DNA of 64,000 nucleotides from Candidatus Paceibacter sp. (lineage in GTDB: Bacteria > Patescibacteriota > Patescibacteriia > S139-126). Within the stretch, counting starts at the first letter, position 1; each line of letters starts with the position of its first letter. The notes under the pieces were generated by a model. The model ran no database searches, was not told where the DNA came from, and saw only the letters and a list, made by a program, of their open reading frames with translations. Positions 58,681 to 64,000 of this stretch are shown piece after piece. The stretch covers positions 6,351 to 70,350 of the forward strand of contig DYGA01000004.1 of the NCBI GenBank assembly GCA_020724865.1, given 5' to 3'. The translations under genes were made by a program, and so were the position numbers.

Positions 58681-59106
58681 TTAATCTTTAATGACAATGC
58701 CCATTTGGCGAGCTGTGCCGCTAATAATACGTTTTGCTCCTTCTAAATCTTTGGCATTCAAATCGGGCATTTTTATTTTAGCTATTTCTTCTACCTGGGC
58801 ACTAGTTATAGTACCAACTTTATCTTTCAATGGACTACCTGAACCTTTTTGAATCCCAGCGGCTTTTTTTAAAAGCTCAGCAGCTGGCGGAGTTTTAACA
58901 ACAAAATCAAAACTACGATCTTCATAAACAGTAATAACTACGGGCAATACACTCCCCATCTTATCTTTGGTAGCTTCATTGTATTTGGTACAAAAATCTT
59001 GAATAGCTACACCGTGTTGCCCTAAAGCAGGACCAACTGGTGGCGCTGGATTAGCTTGTCCAGCTTGAATTTGTAATTTTATTATTGCTTTTACTGGTTT
59101 AGCCAT
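58681..59106 (-). CDS. rplK: 50S ribosomal protein L11
   Basis: [26 protein letters not shown]. Confidence 0.98.
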   Translation of the reverse strand: MAKPVKAIIKLQIQAGQANPAPPVGPALGQHGVAIQDFCTKYNEATKDKMGSVLPVVITVYEDRSFDFVVKTPPAAELLKKAAGIQKGSGSPLKDKVGTITSAQVEEIAKIKMPDLNAKDLEGAKRIISGTARQMGIVIKD

Positions 59107-59179
59107 ATATATTCTTCTCTTTTGAAAGACAAACAAGAAGCTTTCCTAAAAGGAATATTTGTCTTTCTTAATTAATAAA

Positions 59180-59725
59180 TTAAATTTTTTTAATTTGTAA
59201 AAAATCTAGCTCTACTGGCGTTTCCCGTCCAAAAATCGAAATCAAAACTTTAACTTTACCTCTAGCTTCATCTATTTCGGCAATTTTACCCTCATAATCC
59301 TTAAAAGGACCGTCGACAATCCTAACTGGAGTATCAATATTGACGTCAATTTTATATTTAGGCTCTTCAACACCCATCCGTTTTTGTAATTCTTGTATTT
59401 CCTTTTCGGAAATTGGTGTGGGAATATTTCCCGCTCCAATAAAACCGGTAACATTCGGCGTATTCCTTACCACATACCAAGAATCATCAGTCACTATCAT
59501 ATTAACCATTACATATCCAGGAAATATTTTTTCTCTAACGGTTTTACGTTTTCCATTTTTTATCTTAATTTTCGTTTCGGTAGGAATCATAATATCAAAA
59601 ATTTTATCTTCCATATCCATAGATTCAATCCTTTGCCGTAAATTTCTGGCAACATTTTCTTCATAACCAGAATATGTATGTAAGACGTACCAACGTTTGC
59701 CTTGATTAAGTTGTTGTTTTGCCAT
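59180..59725 (-). CDS. nusG: Transcription factor NusG
   Basis: WYVLHTYSGYE, FPGYV, VRNTPNVTGF, KOW with FGRETPVEL. Confidence 0.98.
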   Translation of the reverse strand: MAKQQLNQGKRWYVLHTYSGYEENVARNLRQRIESMDMEDKIFDIMIPTETKIKIKNGKRKTVREKIFPGYVMVNMIVTDDSWYVVRNTPNVTGFIGAGNIPTPISEKEIQELQKRMGVEEPKYKIDVNIDTPVRIVDGPFKDYEGKIAEIDEARGKVKVLISIFGRETPVELDFLQIKKI

Positions 59726-59736
59726 AAAGATTAAAC

Positions 59737-59925
59737 TTAAATACTAAGTATTTTTTCTAAACCTAGATTTAAAAAGAAATCAACAGCTCCCAAAAAAATT
59801 GCAGTCAATAAAGAAATAACTATTACCAATATGGAACTTTTTATGGTTTCTTTTTTAGTCGGCCAGCTGACTTTTTTTAATTCAGCTTTAGAATCTATAA
59901 AATATTGAATTAATTTATTTGCCAT
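59737..59925 (-). CDS. secE: Preprotein translocase SecE
   Basis: ELKKVSWP plus one TM, upstream of nusG. Confidence 0.95.
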   Translation of the reverse strand: MANKLIQYFIDSKAELKKVSWPTKKETIKSSILVIVISLLTAIFLGAVDFFLNLGLEKILSI

Positions 59926-60074
59926 ATATTGGCTAATATTAAATAAAAATTAAGTTTTTTAAAAGCCCTTTCCTGGGGGCTTTTATAAAACTAAAATAAT
60001 TATATCAAATTTACCAAATCTGGCAAGTTTATTAAAAACCTACTGAAGAATTTAAAGTTATTATTAATTTTGAT

Positions 60075-62105
<2,031 letters not shown>

Positions 62106-62113
62106 TTATAAAT

Positions 62114-64000
62114 TTAACTTCTTAAAACACCTTGCAATTGCTGGTTTAATTTTTTTAAAATTTTATCTACTTCTTTTTCTACCTCCTTCATTTGTAATGT
62201 TTTATTGGGATCTGAAAAAGTTAAAGTAAAAGCAATTGATTTTTTATCTAGTCCAATTTTATCACCTACATAAATATCAAATAAATTTACCTCTCTAACC
62301 AAATCACTAGCGGTAAAAATATTTTTCTCAATATCTTGCCATTTTACATCTTGGGGAAAAACTACTGCTAAATCATATATCACCGCGGGATATTTAGGTA
62401 AAGGACTATAATTGTAACCAGTGGTTATAAATTTAACTAATGCTTCAAAATCAATTTCCCAAGCACTAACAAACTGAGAGATATCAAAAAATTTTAATTT
62501 GTCATCTGCGACACAAAAAACTTTACCCACGATATTGTTATTCACCTGTAAAGTTAAAATATTCTTATTGGCCAGAACATCATCACCACCTGGCACCAAT
62601 TCCCAATTGGACAATTTTAAATGATTACATATTGCTTCCACTGCACCTTTAGCTTGAAAAAATACTTGTTCTTTTTTGCCCGTAAAAACACCAGCTAAAT
62701 AATAAGGTTGCCAAATTAATTCCCCTGTTAAATTACCCCCTCTTCTAAATTCACTTAATCTATCAGCCATAAAAACGCGGCCTAATTCAAATAAACCAAA
62801 ATCTTTTTGTTTATGTTCATTGGCCGCAACATTGGCCAATAAACCTGGCAATAATGATTTGCGCAAATGAGTAAACTCACTAGAAATACTATTTTTTATA
62901 TTGACCATTGTTGTAAAATCATAACCCAAATTAGCATATTTTTCATTGGTAAAAGAATAATTTATAACCTCATATAAGCCCAAGCCATAAGCAAGTAACT
63001 TTTTTATTTTATTTTCATTGGACTTTAAAATTGACTTTTGTGGTGAAGTCAATTTAACAACTGGTAAATCAGGTTTAAATTTATCATAACCATATATACG
63101 AGCTACTTCTTCAATGATATCTTCTGGCTTTGTGACATCAGCTAAACTTCTATATACTGGCGGTATAATTGTAAATTTTTTAGATTTAATTTTTACCACA
63201 AAACCCAAACGCTTTAAAATATTTGAAATATCTTCAGGTGTAATATTAAAACCTAAACGATTTTGAATAAAATTCAAATCTGTCTTTATTTCCACTGGTT
63301 TATTTTTGTATTTATATACGTCATTTATATCGCCAATCCGTACATTGGGCTGAATTTTTTTTAACAAAAATAATATTCTACGCATGGCAATTTCCGCTCG
63401 TTCTGGTTCTATGCCTTTCTCAAAACGCACAGCACTATCAGTTCGTAAATTATAATTCCTAGCTGCCTGACGAATAGTAATCGGATTAAAACAAGCTGAT
63501 TCAAAAACTATTTCAGTCGTATTTTGATTTATTCCGGATTCCTGCCCGCCCATAACTCCAGCCAAAGCAATCGGCTTTTTATTATCAGCTATCACTAAAG
63601 TATTTTCATCCAATCTTATTTCTGAGTTATCAAGCGTAACTATTTTTTCACCAATAACTGCTTTTCTAACAATAATTTGATGTCCAGATATTTTTTTTAA
63701 ATCAAAAGCATGCAAAGGCTGGCCAGTTTCAAACATAACATAATTAGTTAAATCAACTATATTATTGATAGATTTTTGGCCAACTGACTCTAATCTTTTT
63801 TTCAACCAAATGGGAGAAGGACCAACCTCAACACCAGTAATAACTACACCCAAATAACGACGGCAATCAGTCGGAGATTTTATTTTAACTTTAATTTTTT
63901 GTTCTGATTTTTTTTCAATTTTACCCAAATCTAATTCTTTATAAGGCCGGTTATATATAGCGGCTAATTCTCGAGCAATCCCCATATGACCCCACAAATC
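62114..64000 (-). CDS. pheT: Phenylalanine--tRNA ligase beta subunit (5' end outside window)
   Basis: GIARE, NNIVDLTNYV..GQPLHAFD, DIIEEVARIYGY, C-terminal FDX-ACB domain. Confidence 0.95.
   Translation of the reverse strand, partial: DLWGHMGIARELAAIYNRPYKELDLGKIEKKSEQKIKVKIKSPTDCRRYLGVVITGVEVGPSPIWLKKRLESVGQKSINNIVDLTNYVMFETGQPLHAFDLKKISGHQIIVRKAVIGEKIVTLDNSEIRLDENTLVIADNKKPIALAGVMGGQESGINQNTTEIVFESACFNPITIRQAARNYNLRTDSAVRFEKGIEPERAEIAMRRILFLLKKIQPNVRIGDINDVYKYKNKPVEIKTDLNFIQNRLGFNITPEDISNILKRLGFVVKIKSKKFTIIPPVYRSLADVTKPEDIIEEVARIYGYDKFKPDLPVVKLTSPQKSILKSNENKIKKLLAYGLGLYEVINYSFTNEKYANLGYDFTTMVNIKNSISSEFTHLRKSLLPGLLANVAANEHKQKDFGLFELGRVFMADRLSEFRRGGNLTGELIWQPYYLAGVFTGKKEQVFFQAKGAVEAICNHLKLSNWELVPGGDDVLANKNILTLQVNNNIVGKVFCVADDKLKFFDISQFVSAWEIDFEALVKFITTGYNYSPLPKYPAVIYDLAVVFPQDVKWQDIEKNIFTASDLVREVNLFDIYVGDKIGLDKKSIAFTLTFSDPNKTLQMKEVEKEVDKILKKLNQQLQGVLRS

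Overview
AT-rich (about 30% GC by eye) bacterial chromosome segment using the standard genetic code (TGA is a stop). Gene content and style point to Patescibacteria/CPR, probably Parcubacteria (inference). Housekeeping content: rplJL, rplKA-nusG-secE, rpsB-tsf-pyrH, prfA/prmC, rpmE, rplY, thrS, pheT (partial), gatB, miaAB, dnaE, gyrB, lower glycolysis (gap, pgk, eno, two gpmI), a dTTP-synthesis operon, mltG, rodA and pilin-like genes. I saw no tRNA, rRNA, CRISPR array, integrase or transposase. Cis-regulatory RNAs read from the sequence: a Thr T-box, L10 and L1 leaders and a possible S2 leader. Main leads: (1) a tightly coupled five-gene operon (amino-acid dehydrogenase, PaaK-like ligase, ThiF, nitroreductase-like protein, multi-TM histidine kinase) that looks like a small-molecule signal synthesis-and-sensing module, followed by an unannotated hyper-acidic 45-aa peptide gene; (2) a dispersed class of unrecognised genes that, unlike the core genes, carry strong Shine-Dalgarno sites and often a boxA-like element, some encoding diderm-style lipoprotein or beta-barrel proteins; (3) an Ile/Val/Leu leader-peptide attenuator in front of two of those genes; (4) a DHH-like protein with rearranged motifs. 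All assignments come from reading motifs by eye; no database searches were run.
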